64,000 bases of DNA from Candidatus Eiseniibacteriota bacterium (GCA_963823555.1 CAWGMA010000002.1:544001-608000); one strand, 5' to 3'; shown: positions 34,009 to 43,591, numbered from the stretch's first letter. Notes: generated by a model not told the origin, from the sequence alone. Made by a program: numbers and translations.

Positions 34009-34646
34009 CTAGGTTGAGGTCCTCGGTCCACCGGCTCCGGGCCGCTGCCGGTGGCCGAGGACCTGTGCTGCTGCTATCGCCTCGCCTGCGGGACACGCTC
34101 GGCCCCTGATTCGGGCCGTGTTGGCCGAGTTGACGCTGGCATCGACGTCGTGCCCGGCTTCGGTGACCTCCCGAGCCGTATGAGGTGGGCTTGTAGACGC
34201 CAGTCGCACAGGTCTCGAACTTACCTGAGCAGCCAGCACCCCGGAGGGCTTGAGCGCTTCCACCGCCGTCTCGACCGAGGTCACCCCGCCGACCGGGGGG
34301 ATCGCGGCGACGAACCAGTGGCGCTGTCGTGGCCGCACAGGAACTTGTGCTTCGCCCGGTCGCCGTACTCGATGAGCTGCAGGAGAAGATGTCGGCGCTC
34401 GGGCGCCAGGTCGATGACGCGGAGCTCGGTGACGCGCGGTGGACTGATCCGGAGGAGGAAGTGCTCCCGGCCGCGATCGGAGCGGACATCGAAAGAGGCG
34501 GCGGGGTCGCGCCCCGGCCCCGGCTTCCGACCCACGTCGCGCATGCGGGCAAGGTGCCGGAGGGATGGTGGAGTCTCGGCGACTGCTTCCACCAGGAGAC
34601 GCGCGCCGATCTGCTGGAACTTGCGCGTGATGAGCTCGAGATCCAT
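34009..34646 (-). pseudogene. Hypothetical protein, frameshifted near 34325 and probably 3'-truncated
   Basis: GAGGA RBS; restoring one G gives RHLLL...KFLCGHD(E)RHWFVAAIP...AVEALKP; sequence after VLAAQ looks non-coding. Confidence 0.55.
34017..34064. terminator. Long GC hairpin downstream of the LamG gene
   Basis: AGGTCCTCGG(T)CCACCGGC ... GCCGGTGGCCGAGGACCT, 18-bp stem with one bulge; no U tract. Confidence 0.5.
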
Positions 34647-35012
34647 GGCCGATTCCTCTCAACTGCGCCGTTGAATGCAGTCGCCGGTTCTCTCGCGGGT
34701 GATCTGGCATGCATCTGATGAGAGTCGTCGCGGTCGACGATCCTTAATGTTCCGGAGCGCACCATCAGCGCGGCTCGCGCAGCGAGGAATGGTCACGATT
34801 TTCGTCGTTCGCATTAAAAAGATCTTCCTTGAGCTGCTCGTATCGAATAGAATGCTCTTCCCCGGTCCGCCTGCAACGCAACCGTCGATCGAGTCGAGCG
34901 CAGCACGGAACCCGGCCCCCTCGAGCCCGCCCAGTTTGAGGACAGGTCAGTGTGCAGAACCACCACCCATCCACCGCCGCATGGATCCGGGTTCTGCGGC
35001 GGGGAACCGCCA

Positions 35013-35030
35013 CAGGGTCCTGGGACCCTG
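35013..35030. promoter_or_regulatory. Inverted repeat CAGGGTCC-TG-GGACCCTG immediately before an AAGGAGG RBS
   Basis: 8-2-8 palindrome read directly; RBS at 35034-35040. Confidence 0.45.
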
Positions 35031-35049
35031 TAGAAGGAGGGACGAGCCC

Positions 35050-35639
35050 GTGCCGCCATCATCCATTCTGCGGATCGCCTAGCTGATCTTCTGCGTAGCG
35101 GCGATGCCGAGCGCATTGCTCGCGAGTTTCTCCCTGTCGTCCGCCCGATAGTCCGGGCTGTCCTTACATCACAACATCCCGATCTCGTGGATACGGCCAC
35201 TTCCGACGCCGTGATGGCTATCTGTCGGTACGGTCGTAACTTCCGCGGCGAATCGCAGGTCATGACCTGGGTCACGACCATCGCTCGTCGCGCAGCCTGG
35301 AAGTGTGCGCGACGAGAGGCGGTCTACCGTCGCCTGCTGAGTAGACTCGATGATGTTGCCGACTCCTGTCGCACACTCGAGGACAGACGGCCCGTGGGAC
35401 CGACCGCTTGCCTGCGCATGGAGGCGGTCGAGATCCTCGAGGTCGCTGTCCCCAATCCCGTGTGGCGCGAGATCTGGCTTCTGCACAACGACCCCGGGCA
35501 GGGTCTCTCCGCTCGGGAGCTGGCCCAGAGGACCGGCTACAGCGTGGGCACGATCGCCGTCATCCTCTCCAAGGTGAGGCGGCGGATCAGGGAGGAGTCG
35601 AGGCGGCGGGGTGGCATCGGCGCGGTGGCGTCGCGCTGA
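35050..35639 (+). CDS. ECF-type sigma-70 factor; 5' start apparently frameshifted
   Basis: Frame open from 35034: LLRSGDAERIAREF...NFRGESQVMTWVTTIARR (region 2) and LSARELAQRTGYSVGTIAVILSKVRRR (region 4). The RBS-linked GTG at 35050 is off-frame. Confidence 0.75.
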
Positions 35640-35689
35640 GGTCACGCTCCGTTGACTCGAGGCGATACACAGCCCTGGTGGGGTGTGCG

Positions 35690-37549
35690 ATGGAAATTCT
35701 GAGGTTTCTCCCATGGCGACGGCGTGGATCCGCGGCGCGGGGGCAGCGCGGGTCGCGCTCGCATGGCAGGCGTGGGTCCATGCGGGAGTTCGTTCTCGAC
35801 TCCTTCGTCGATCGCGATCTCACATCCCTGGCGCGCGCCGGGAAGCTCGATCCCACCTTCTTCCGGGATGAGCTTGCGCGTTCCATCCTGGCCACGCTGG
35901 ATCTGAAGACCAGGATCCCGCTCCTGGTTGGCGAGCACGGCGTCGGCAAGACCCGGATCATCGAGCACGTGGCCCGCATGGCTGCTCTGGATCCGGGGTT
36001 CGGGGGGAGCTTCGGCCGGGCCCGCTTTCTTCTCGTCCATCCAGACTGGGATGTGCGGCATGCGGTGATGGCCGGCAGCCTGGAGGCGGCGCGGGAGAAG
36101 TTCGTGCAGCTGGTCGGCCAGGAATCCCGGACCAGCCGGCCCGTCGTCTGCTTTCCAGTCCTGGACCCGGGCGACGTGCCCTCCATGGGCAGACTCCAGG
36201 AGCTGGGGATTGATGTCATCGTCGAGAGCCTCCCCGATTCCCTGCGTCTGACCTTCGGGCTCTATCCCAAGCTGCAGTCTCACTTCAATGTCGTTGCGGT
36301 GGACGAGCCCGGTATTCCAGAGACACGGGGCATTCTCGAAGCGATGGCGCGTTCCAGGGGCTGGGAGGTGGATGGCTCGGTCATGGATGCCGCTCTCAGC
36401 GTGACCGGTCGCTTCGGACACGGGGAGCGGGACCCGGTTCGATCGTCCCGCCTGCTCGAGGCCGCGGTCACGCGGCACCTTGCCCGGGTCGGCAACGGGC
36501 CGCTCTCGCCGGACGATGTGTACGCCGATTTCGCCGAGGGGGCGGGGCTGCCGTTGACCCTCGTCAGCGATCGGATCCCCCTGACGAAGGAGCAGGTCCT
36601 CGCACAGCTGCGGACCGAGGTCATCGGGCAGCACGACGTCGTCGAGCGCATGGCCGACACGCTCCTCCGCCTGAAGGCCGGGACCGCCGACCCCGATCGG
36701 CCGCTCGGTGCCTTTCTCTTCGCCGGGCCGACGGGAGTCGGCAAGACCCAGCTTGCCCGGGCTCTGGCGCGATTGCTCAGCACGCGCGGTCCCGAGGATG
36801 CCCTGGTCCGCATCAACGTGGGCGAGGTGCTCAAGGATCGCGAGAAGAACCGGGACATCCTCTTCGGGGCGCGGGGGCACGATGCCGCGCCCATCCAGTA
36901 CGGGCTCCTGAGCTGGTGCCTCCGCGGGCGAGCGGTCGCGGTCCTCCTCCTCGACGAGATGGACAAGGGGGACGGCGAGGTCCACGAGCTCCTCTTCCAG
37001 CTCTTCGATGAGGGCCGGTTCGTCGATGGAGCCGGACAGACGGTGCGGTTGCAGAGCGTCGTCATCATCGCCACGACCACGGTCGGTGCGGAGGTCTTCC
37101 AGGGGACGCCACCCGGATACCGGACGGAGACCGAGACGGGCCATCTCCTGAAGGAGATGGAGTGCAGCGTCATCAACCGCTACGGGGTCGAGTTCGTGAA
37201 CCGGCTCGATGCCATCTGCCTCTTCCGGCCCTTCACGGCTCTTGATCTCGACTCCATGGTCCGGCTTCGCGCCGAGCAGGCCCTGACCCGCTTCGGCGTG
37301 GTCGGGAGAGGGCTCGAGGTGAAGCTCGAGCCCGACGCGGTGGAGCTCGTGGCCCGGCGGGGCATGAGCTGGCGTTTCGGCGCGCGGCATCTCGAGCGCG
37401 CGGTGGAGGAGCTCGTGGTCGCCCCGGTCACGCGAGCCATCGCCGCCGGCGGCGTCGGGGTCGGGGATGAGATGGTCCTCCGCGTGGCCGACGGAGGGCG
37501 GGAGCTCGCTGCTCACCGGAGCGGCATGACCACGGCCGGAGCGGCATGA
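35690..37549 (+). CDS. ClpA/ClpB-like double AAA+ ATPase lacking the N-domain, with degenerate first ring
   Basis: DLTSLARAGKLDP, Walker A GEHGVGKT with no intact Walker B; VIGQ, RPLGAFLFAGPTGVGKT, LLLDEMDK, EFVNRLD, GARHLERAVE. Alternative start 35780. Confidence 0.85.
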   Translation: MEILRFLPWRRRGSAARGQRGSRSHGRRGSMREFVLDSFVDRDLTSLARAGKLDPTFFRDELARSILATLDLKTRIPLLVGEHGVGKTRIIEHVARMAALDPGFGGSFGRARFLLVHPDWDVRHAVMAGSLEAAREKFVQLVGQESRTSRPVVCFPVLDPGDVPSMGRLQELGIDVIVESLPDSLRLTFGLYPKLQSHFNVVAVDEPGIPETRGILEAMARSRGWEVDGSVMDAALSVTGRFGHGERDPVRSSRLLEAAVTRHLARVGNGPLSPDDVYADFAEGAGLPLTLVSDRIPLTKEQVLAQLRTEVIGQHDVVERMADTLLRLKAGTADPDRPLGAFLFAGPTGVGKTQLARALARLLSTRGPEDALVRINVGEVLKDREKNRDILFGARGHDAAPIQYGLLSWCLRGRAVAVLLLDEMDKGDGEVHELLFQLFDEGRFVDGAGQTVRLQSVVIIATTTVGAEVFQGTPPGYRTETETGHLLKEMECSVINRYGVEFVNRLDAICLFRPFTALDLDSMVRLRAEQALTRFGVVGRGLEVKLEPDAVELVARRGMSWRFGARHLERAVEELVVAPVTRAIAAGGVGVGDEMVLRVADGGRELAAHRSGMTTAGAA

Positions 37550-37556
37550 GGACACC

Positions 37557-38882
37557 ATGGCAGAACCCTTCATCGCGCCGCGTCCCGGCACCGCCTTCGA
37601 GGAGCAGAGGGGCAAGCTCCTCCTGTTCGAACGTGATGCCATCTCGGTGATGGTCGGATGGCCGGAGCCGGGGGCGTGGACGAAGACCCGAGATCACCCC
37701 GTCTGGCGGCGCTACCGCCCGGATATCCGCCTCCCGGCCAACGATCTGGACGGGAGGATCGCGACGCTCTCGCTGGCGCTCGATGAGGGCGGGCAGTTGC
37801 TGCTCGGTCCTTGCTTCGTGCGCCCGCTGGGCCTTGCGCACCGACGGGAGCTCCTCTGGCTCCGGTGGTGCGCGACGATCCCGGAGGAGTCGAGGAGCGT
37901 GATCGCCCCCTTCCCGTCCCGGCACTGGCATCTGCTCTCCTTCGTCGCCCGCTGCGGTCCGGCGGCCATGGATCTCGTGCTCACCAACCCTGCGCTGGCC
38001 TATGCCCTCGCCTCGAACTGGGTCTACCATGTGCCCCGGGTCAGGCAGCCGCTACGTTCGGCACGGGCGCTCCTCAAGTCCGGGAAGAAGCAGCGGGACA
38101 TCCTCGCATGGCTCGGCTTCCCCGCCACCGAAGCCGCCCGCAGGGTCCTGGCCAAGGTCGTCCGCAGGTCGATCAGCATCACCGGCCTTCTCTACCTGCG
38201 GCAGAGCATGGCCTTTCCCCGGATCATGAAGATCCTGTCCCACTTGCCGCGGATCAACACGGGAGCGATCAGGATCGCAACCGATCCCGAGCTCCTGCCC
38301 CTCGCGACACCGAGCCTTCTCGCCGAGATCGCCCTGTCTCGCATCGAGGACCGTTCTCCCGAGGCCTCCCATCTCCTCCGCGACTCCCTCGAGATGCTCC
38401 GCGCCGTCCGCGGGCCCGCGCCCCGGTTCCCGCCGCTCCGCGGGCTGGGCGATCTCTTCGCTCTCCACGAGACGCTCATCCTCGAGATGACCCGGATCGA
38501 GCGCTCCGCCGGACCTCTCCAGGTGTTCCCGCCGCCGCCGGTGCCCGGGACCGAGAAGATCATCCCGATCACGACATCCGACGAGTTGCTCGAGGAGGGA
38601 CGGATCCAGAAGAACTGCGTCGGCTCCTATGCGGCGCGGATCGCCATGCGGCGACAGCTCTATGTCTATCGCGTCCTTCTCGCGCAGCGCTGCACGCTGT
38701 CGCTCGCCCGGGCCGGCAATCGCTGGGTTCTCGCGGAGCTGGCCCAGGCCGGCAACGCCAAGCCCTCCCGGGAGACGCGGCAGGCCGTCGAGAAGTGGCT
38801 TGCGGCCGCGAGCCCCCGCCCGAAGGCCGAGGTGGTGGGTCTCGACGGCCCCCGCTTGCGGCTCACGGCGTCCGTACCCTAG
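37557..38882 (+). CDS. Protein with C-terminal PcfJ-like domain
   Basis: PITTSDELLEEGRIQKNCVGSY...VYRV...RCTLSL...WVLAEL...NAKP matches the PcfJ-like pattern; GAGG RBS, 7 bp after the ATPase stop. Confidence 0.72.
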   Translation: MAEPFIAPRPGTAFEEQRGKLLLFERDAISVMVGWPEPGAWTKTRDHPVWRRYRPDIRLPANDLDGRIATLSLALDEGGQLLLGPCFVRPLGLAHRRELLWLRWCATIPEESRSVIAPFPSRHWHLLSFVARCGPAAMDLVLTNPALAYALASNWVYHVPRVRQPLRSARALLKSGKKQRDILAWLGFPATEAARRVLAKVVRRSISITGLLYLRQSMAFPRIMKILSHLPRINTGAIRIATDPELLPLATPSLLAEIALSRIEDRSPEASHLLRDSLEMLRAVRGPAPRFPPLRGLGDLFALHETLILEMTRIERSAGPLQVFPPPPVPGTEKIIPITTSDELLEEGRIQKNCVGSYAARIAMRRQLYVYRVLLAQRCTLSLARAGNRWVLAELAQAGNAKPSRETRQAVEKWLAAASPRPKAEVVGLDGPRLRLTASVP

Positions 38883-38940
38883 TCTCTGGCGGCGTTGGCC
38901 TTCATCTGGAAGTGCCCTGCATCCACCCCGAAAGGAGCCG

Positions 38941-39867
38941 ATGCCCGCCAGGTCCGCCGCCCCCACCATCGCGGTCGTGATGCCGGCCTACAACGCCGCC
39001 GCCACGATCCATGAAGCCATCCGGAGCGCCCTCGATCAGACCGTGGCTCCGCTCGAGGTCATCGTCATCGACGACGGGTCGACCGATGACACCGCGACCC
39101 TGATCAGGAGTTTCGGGGATCCGGTGCGGTACTTCCGGACGCCGCAGGGCGGCCCGGCGCGCGCCCGCAACCTCGGGGTCCGGGAGGCGAGAGGCACGCA
39201 CATCGCCTTCCTCGACGCCGACGATGTGTGGCTCCCGACCAAGCTCGCGCGACAGCTGGAGCTCCTCCGGGAAGCGCCGGATCTCGTCCTCGTCTACTCC
39301 GGCGTGTCCTTGATCGACGAGGCCGGCACCGTCTTTCGCACCGTCGCCTCGACCCGGGCCTGCTCCGGGCGCCATGCCGCCGATGTCCTCCGCATCAAGA
39401 ACTGCATCCAGGTCTCGACCGTGGTGGCCCCGCGGAGCGAGCTCATGGCCGCCGGGCTCTTCGATCCCGATCTCCCCTCCTGCGAGAACTGGGACCTGTG
39501 GATCCGGCTGGCCGCGCGGGGGGAGGTGGGGTACGTGGACACGCCTCTCGTCCACTACCGGATGCGCGAGGGGAGCAGGATCCGCGATGTGGACACCATG
39601 CGGGCGGCGCGGCTCGAGGTCCTGTCCCGCAATCACGGGGAGCACCGCGGCCCCCTGTGGCGGCGGGCGCTCGCGCTCGCCTACCTCGACTCGGGTATCG
39701 GCTACCTCGAGATGGGACGGAGGCAGTCGGCGGCGGCCGATCTACTGCATTCGCTGTGGATCCGCCCCGCGACCGAGCCGGTGATCGAGCTCGTGCGGCT
39801 GGTCACGCCGCCTGCGGCGCGCCGCATGCTCGGCCGGGCGCGGCGCCGTCTTCAGGGGACGGGCTGA
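38941..39867 (+). CDS. Glycosyltransferase family 2
   Basis: VVMPAYN, IDDGSTD, ARARNLG, FLDADD, ENWDLWIRL. Confidence 0.92.
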   Translation: MPARSAAPTIAVVMPAYNAAATIHEAIRSALDQTVAPLEVIVIDDGSTDDTATLIRSFGDPVRYFRTPQGGPARARNLGVREARGTHIAFLDADDVWLPTKLARQLELLREAPDLVLVYSGVSLIDEAGTVFRTVASTRACSGRHAADVLRIKNCIQVSTVVAPRSELMAAGLFDPDLPSCENWDLWIRLAARGEVGYVDTPLVHYRMREGSRIRDVDTMRAARLEVLSRNHGEHRGPLWRRALALAYLDSGIGYLEMGRRQSAAADLLHSLWIRPATEPVIELVRLVTPPAARRMLGRARRRLQGTG

Positions 39868-39901
39868 CCAAGTCAGGACGAGGACACTCTCGCCCGGCGG
39901 T

Positions 39902-40046
39902 TGTTTCCGCTGAAACATGGCAAGCGGTTGTTTCCGCTGAAACAAGGCGGGCGGGTGTTTCCGCTGAAACAAGGCAAGCGATTGTTTCCGCTGAAACAAG
40001 GCAAGCGATTGTTTCCGCTGAAACAAGGCGGGCGGGTGTTTCCGCT
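39902..40046. repeat. 27-bp-period tandem array of the palindromic 16-mer TGTTTCCGCTGAAACA (5 full + 1 partial); parS-like
   Basis: Copies start at 39902, 39929, 39956, 39983, 40010 and 40037; 11-bp spacers are related to each other. Confidence 0.9.
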
Positions 40047-41700
40047 ACCTGAGCCGCACGAGCGGCGACCGCGCCACGCCACGCAGGGCGCCCGCGGCGG
40101 CGCCACGCTCGGCGCGCTCGGCCCGGATCTCCGCCCAGTAGACGCCCGAGGCCACGTCACTCCCGCTCGCATCGCGTCCATCCCAGCGGAGCCGGTGCTC
40201 CTGGGCGCTCTTCTCCTCGCCGGCCAGCATCTCCCGTACCGTGCGTCCCTGCGCGTCGACGATGCGGAGCCAGACCCGGCCCGCCGCCTCGAGCGTGAAG
40301 GCGATCTCGGTCGAGGAGCTGAAGGGGGTCGGCGTGGCCGGGGCGAGCGCGACCAGCGCCGGCGGAGCCACCGGCGCGTCGCTGTCGGCGATGGCGCTCA
40401 GCTCGGGCTGGAGCAGGAAGTCGATGATCGCGTTCTCCCCCGATGAGAGGACAACACCCGTCATCGTCACCGGCAGGTAACCCTCCTTCTCCGCGCGCAG
40501 GTCGTAGCTTCCCGGGAGGAGGTTGGGGAGGGCGTAGAGCCCGTCGGACCCGGTGACGAAGGGCGGGTAGGCGGTGCCGAGGAGCGTCACCGTCGCTCCC
40601 GAATCGTCGCTCGTGCCGGCCAGATCGATGTGTCCGCCGAGCGAAGCCGGGGTGAAGGCCGGCACCGCGAGCTCGAGGGCGGCGGTGCCGTTGGCGGCGG
40701 CGATCCGGCGGAAGAAGCTGGCCGTCAGGTTGGACGGGGTGTCGCACGAGCGGTGGTAGCAGGGGTAGCTATCCCACTCGTTCTCGATCGAGAGCATGGC
40801 CGGGAAGCCATGGTCGTGGAAGGACTCGTGATCGCTGCCCCAGCCGTTCCCCGGATAGACGTAGACGCTCAGGCCGCCATAGGTCTCGGCGTGCTGGCGG
40901 ACGAGATCGACGAGCCACATCGAGTTGGTGCCGGTGGTGAAGCCCTCGAGCCAGAGATCGGCCCCACCGGCTCCGTAATAGCCCACCATGTCCATGATGA
41001 TGACGCCGGCGATGTTCCAGTTCTGGGCGTCGGCCTGGGCGGCATAGGCCTCGCTCCCGATGAGCCCCTGCTCCTCTCCCCCGAAGAGGACGAAGTGGAC
41101 GGTGCGCTCGGTATCGACTCCGGCGAGGAGCCGCGCCGCCTCGTAGACCGCTGCCGATCCTGTGCCGTTGTCCTCGGCGCCGGGGGCATTGGTCTGCGGC
41201 GTCTGCGACGTGCAATCGAGATGCGCGCCGATGATCACGATCTCGTCCGGTCGGACCGTGCCGAGCTTGACCCCGACCACGTTCTGCCGCGTCCCGCCAC
41301 AGCACGTGAAGTCGTGCAGGTAGACCTGATCGAGTCCGAGCGCGGCGAGGCGATCGCGCATCATGGCGGCGGCGGCGGCATAGTTGGCGTTCGATGTGTA
41401 CCGCGTGGGATAGCTCGAGAGCAGCGTCACGTTCGCCATCAGGCTGTCTGCCGAGAAGGCTCCGGCGAGGCTCTCCATCTGCGGCACGAGGCGCAGCGCG
41501 GTCTGGCCGCCCGGGCCGGCCGTGGCGAGGCGCTCGCCGCCGAGTATGGCGAGCGCCTCGGCCGGGGCGCTCGCGAGCTTGTCGCCACGCTCCTCGGCCG
41601 GTGGCTCCGCGATCAGGCGGGCGGGGGCGATGAAGAGAGCAGCACAGGCAAGGGCGCCAAGAAGGACACGCGGGAGCGTGGCTCGGGCAGCACGGAGCAT
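40045..41700 (-). CDS. Secreted M28 family aminopeptidase with carboxypeptidase-regulatory-like and FlgD-Ig domains
   Basis: GAHLD, GAEDNGTG, GEEQGLIGS, MDM, SDH, YH; WDGRDASGSDVASGVY tail. Confidence 0.9.
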   Translation of the reverse strand: MLRAARATLPRVLLGALACAALFIAPARLIAEPPAEERGDKLASAPAEALAILGGERLATAGPGGQTALRLVPQMESLAGAFSADSLMANVTLLSSYPTRYTSNANYAAAAAMMRDRLAALGLDQVYLHDFTCCGGTRQNVVGVKLGTVRPDEIVIIGAHLDCTSQTPQTNAPGAEDNGTGSAAVYEAARLLAGVDTERTVHFVLFGGEEQGLIGSEAYAAQADAQNWNIAGVIIMDMVGYYGAGGADLWLEGFTTGTNSMWLVDLVRQHAETYGGLSVYVYPGNGWGSDHESFHDHGFPAMLSIENEWDSYPCYHRSCDTPSNLTASFFRRIAAANGTAALELAVPAFTPASLGGHIDLAGTSDDSGATVTLLGTAYPPFVTGSDGLYALPNLLPGSYDLRAEKEGYLPVTMTGVVLSSGENAIIDFLLQPELSAIADSDAPVAPPALVALAPATPTPFSSSTEIAFTLEAAGRVWLRIVDAQGRTVREMLAGEEKSAQEHRLRWDGRDASGSDVASGVYWAEIRAERAERGAAAGALRGVARSPLVRLR

Positions 41701-41890
41701 TGAGGCTTCTCCTGGTAGGAGAGGGGTGGGCTGCGGCAGGCTCACAAGGGGGACACTATATAAATGATGCCAGGAAGCCCGTCCAGCCGTCAAGATCGCG
41801 GTTGCCGGGGCCGGCGAAGAGCATCTGCGGGATGGTGTTAAGATGGTGCCGGCTCGCGTGATAAGCCCCGGGCACGCGCTGGAGGTGGCC

Positions 41891-43564
41891 ATGGACCTTC
41901 CTGCCCTCTGCATCGCCGTCTCGTGCTTCCTGCTGATCTCGGTCCCGGTCCCCGCGCCCGCCGACTACCCGCAGATCCGCATCCACTCGGACGCGACCAC
42001 CGAGGTCCAGAACGAGCAGCAGATCTGCGTCAACCCCACCAACCCGGCCAACGTGGTCGCCTGCTGGCGGGACTTCCGCTACGGCTACCGGCGTGTCGGT
42101 GTCGGCTACTCCTTCGATGGCGGCTTCACCTGGACCGACTTCCTGGTCCAGGGGCTCTTCCCGTGGGACAGCGACCCGGTGCTCACCGTGCATCACGACG
42201 GGACGTTCTACCTGAGCGTCATCAACTTCGAATCGGGTGGCCCCAACCAGCTCGTCGTCCATCGCTCGGCCTATGGCGGCGAGTACTGGGACGGTCCCTT
42301 CACCGCGGTCTATTCGAGCGGGGGTGTCTTCGAGGACAAGGAATGGATCGCCGTCGATCGCACGCATGGCGCTCGCGATGGCTACCTCTACATCGCCTGG
42401 TCGAGCATCGGCAACGGCACCATCAAGTGCGTCCGATCCCTCAACCGGGGTGGCAGCTGGTCGGCGGCGGTGAATGTCTCCGATGCCGGATCGCAGGGCC
42501 AGTGGCCGGTCCCGCTCGTCCTCGCCGATGGCGATCTCCTGGTGGCCTGGGACGACCTCGCCAAGAACCGCATCGTCTTCGATGTCTCCACCAACGGGGG
42601 CATCACCTGGAACATCGACCGCGTGCTCACAACCACGATCACCGCCGCCGGGGCCTACGTGAACGGCGGCATCCTCGTCTTTCCCTATCCGAGTCTGGCG
42701 CTGGACGAGACGAGCGGCCCCTGGGCGGGACGCGTCTACTGCGTCTACGCCGACCACGCGGTTCCCGGGAACGGCATGGATATCTGGCTCCGCTACTCGA
42801 GCGATTCCGGTCGTTCCTGGAGCGCTCGCATGCGGGTCAACGACGACACCCAGGGCCTCCTCCGCGATCAGTTCCATCCCTGGATCACCTGCGATGATCA
42901 CGGCATGCTGCATGCGATCTGGTACGACCGGCGGGATGATTCCGAGAACTTCCGCTGGCACATCTACTATTCGAAGTCGAGTGACGGCGGCATCACCTGG
43001 GAGCCGAACGAGCGCGTGACGAACGTGTCGTCGAGCCCGGCTGACGCCTTTGCCGGCACACCGCCGGCGATACCGGCCGGCCTCGCGGACGGCTGGCAGC
43101 CGGAGGACGGCGCGCTGGCGCTCGTGCCGGCGGGTCTCATCGGCGAGTACAGCGGGGTGGCCGTCGGCGCCGGGATCGCGCATCCGATCTGGACCGACAC
43201 CCGGAACGGCAACCAGGACACCTACGCCTCGGTGCTCCTTCCCGCCACGAGCGCCGGCGAGTTCCGGGTCCAACCGCCGGCCGGCCCCCAGCTCCGCCTG
43301 GCGCCGAATCCTGCGTTGTCATCGACAAACCTGCGCCTGATCGCCGACGTGCCGATCGCCGGGCGACTCGAGCTCGTGGGCAGCGACGGCCGTCTGGTGC
43401 GCGTGCTCGGCGCCGGGGTGTTCCCGGCGGGAGAGATCGTTCTCGACTGGAGCGGCCGCGATGAGAGCGGCCGCCCGCTCCCGGGAGGCGTCTACTTCCT
43501 CCGGGTCTCCGGCTCCAGTCGCGGGAACACGGTTCCCGCCGCCAAGCTCGTCCTCGTTCGCTAG
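41891..43564 (+). CDS. Secreted BNR/Asp-box (sialidase-like) beta-propeller protein with FlgD-Ig domain
   Basis: SFDGGFTW, SLNRGGSW, STNGGITW, SSDSGRSW, SSDGGITW; DKEWIAVD; WSGRDESGRPLPGGVYF. Confidence 0.85.
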   Translation: MDLPALCIAVSCFLLISVPVPAPADYPQIRIHSDATTEVQNEQQICVNPTNPANVVACWRDFRYGYRRVGVGYSFDGGFTWTDFLVQGLFPWDSDPVLTVHHDGTFYLSVINFESGGPNQLVVHRSAYGGEYWDGPFTAVYSSGGVFEDKEWIAVDRTHGARDGYLYIAWSSIGNGTIKCVRSLNRGGSWSAAVNVSDAGSQGQWPVPLVLADGDLLVAWDDLAKNRIVFDVSTNGGITWNIDRVLTTTITAAGAYVNGGILVFPYPSLALDETSGPWAGRVYCVYADHAVPGNGMDIWLRYSSDSGRSWSARMRVNDDTQGLLRDQFHPWITCDDHGMLHAIWYDRRDDSENFRWHIYYSKSSDGGITWEPNERVTNVSSSPADAFAGTPPAIPAGLADGWQPEDGALALVPAGLIGEYSGVAVGAGIAHPIWTDTRNGNQDTYASVLLPATSAGEFRVQPPAGPQLRLAPNPALSSTNLRLIADVPIAGRLELVGSDGRLVRVLGAGVFPAGEIVLDWSGRDESGRPLPGGVYFLRVSGSSRGNTVPAAKLVLVR

Positions 43565-43591
43565 CTTGACTTCATCCGCACATGGCTCATC

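Noticed and set aside
34100..34215. Group II intron 5' end (GTGCG on the minus strand near the truncation)
   Set aside because: A 5-mer is expected by chance; no domain V or RT/maturase present
34715..34750. Hammerhead ribozyme (CTGATGA followed by a hairpin)
   Set aside because: No GAAA core after the stem and no stem I/III pairing found
35690..37549. T6SS ClpV or housekeeping clpB/clpC
   Set aside because: No T6SS genes nearby, no N-domain, degenerate first AAA ring
39902..40046. CRISPR array
   Set aside because: The 16-bp repeat and 11-bp spacers are too short, spacers are duplicated and related, and there are no cas genes
39742..40446. ORFs with VSAET / FPLKQ / FQRK peptide repeats
   Set aside because: By-products of the 27-bp DNA repeat being open in several frames; they overlap real genes
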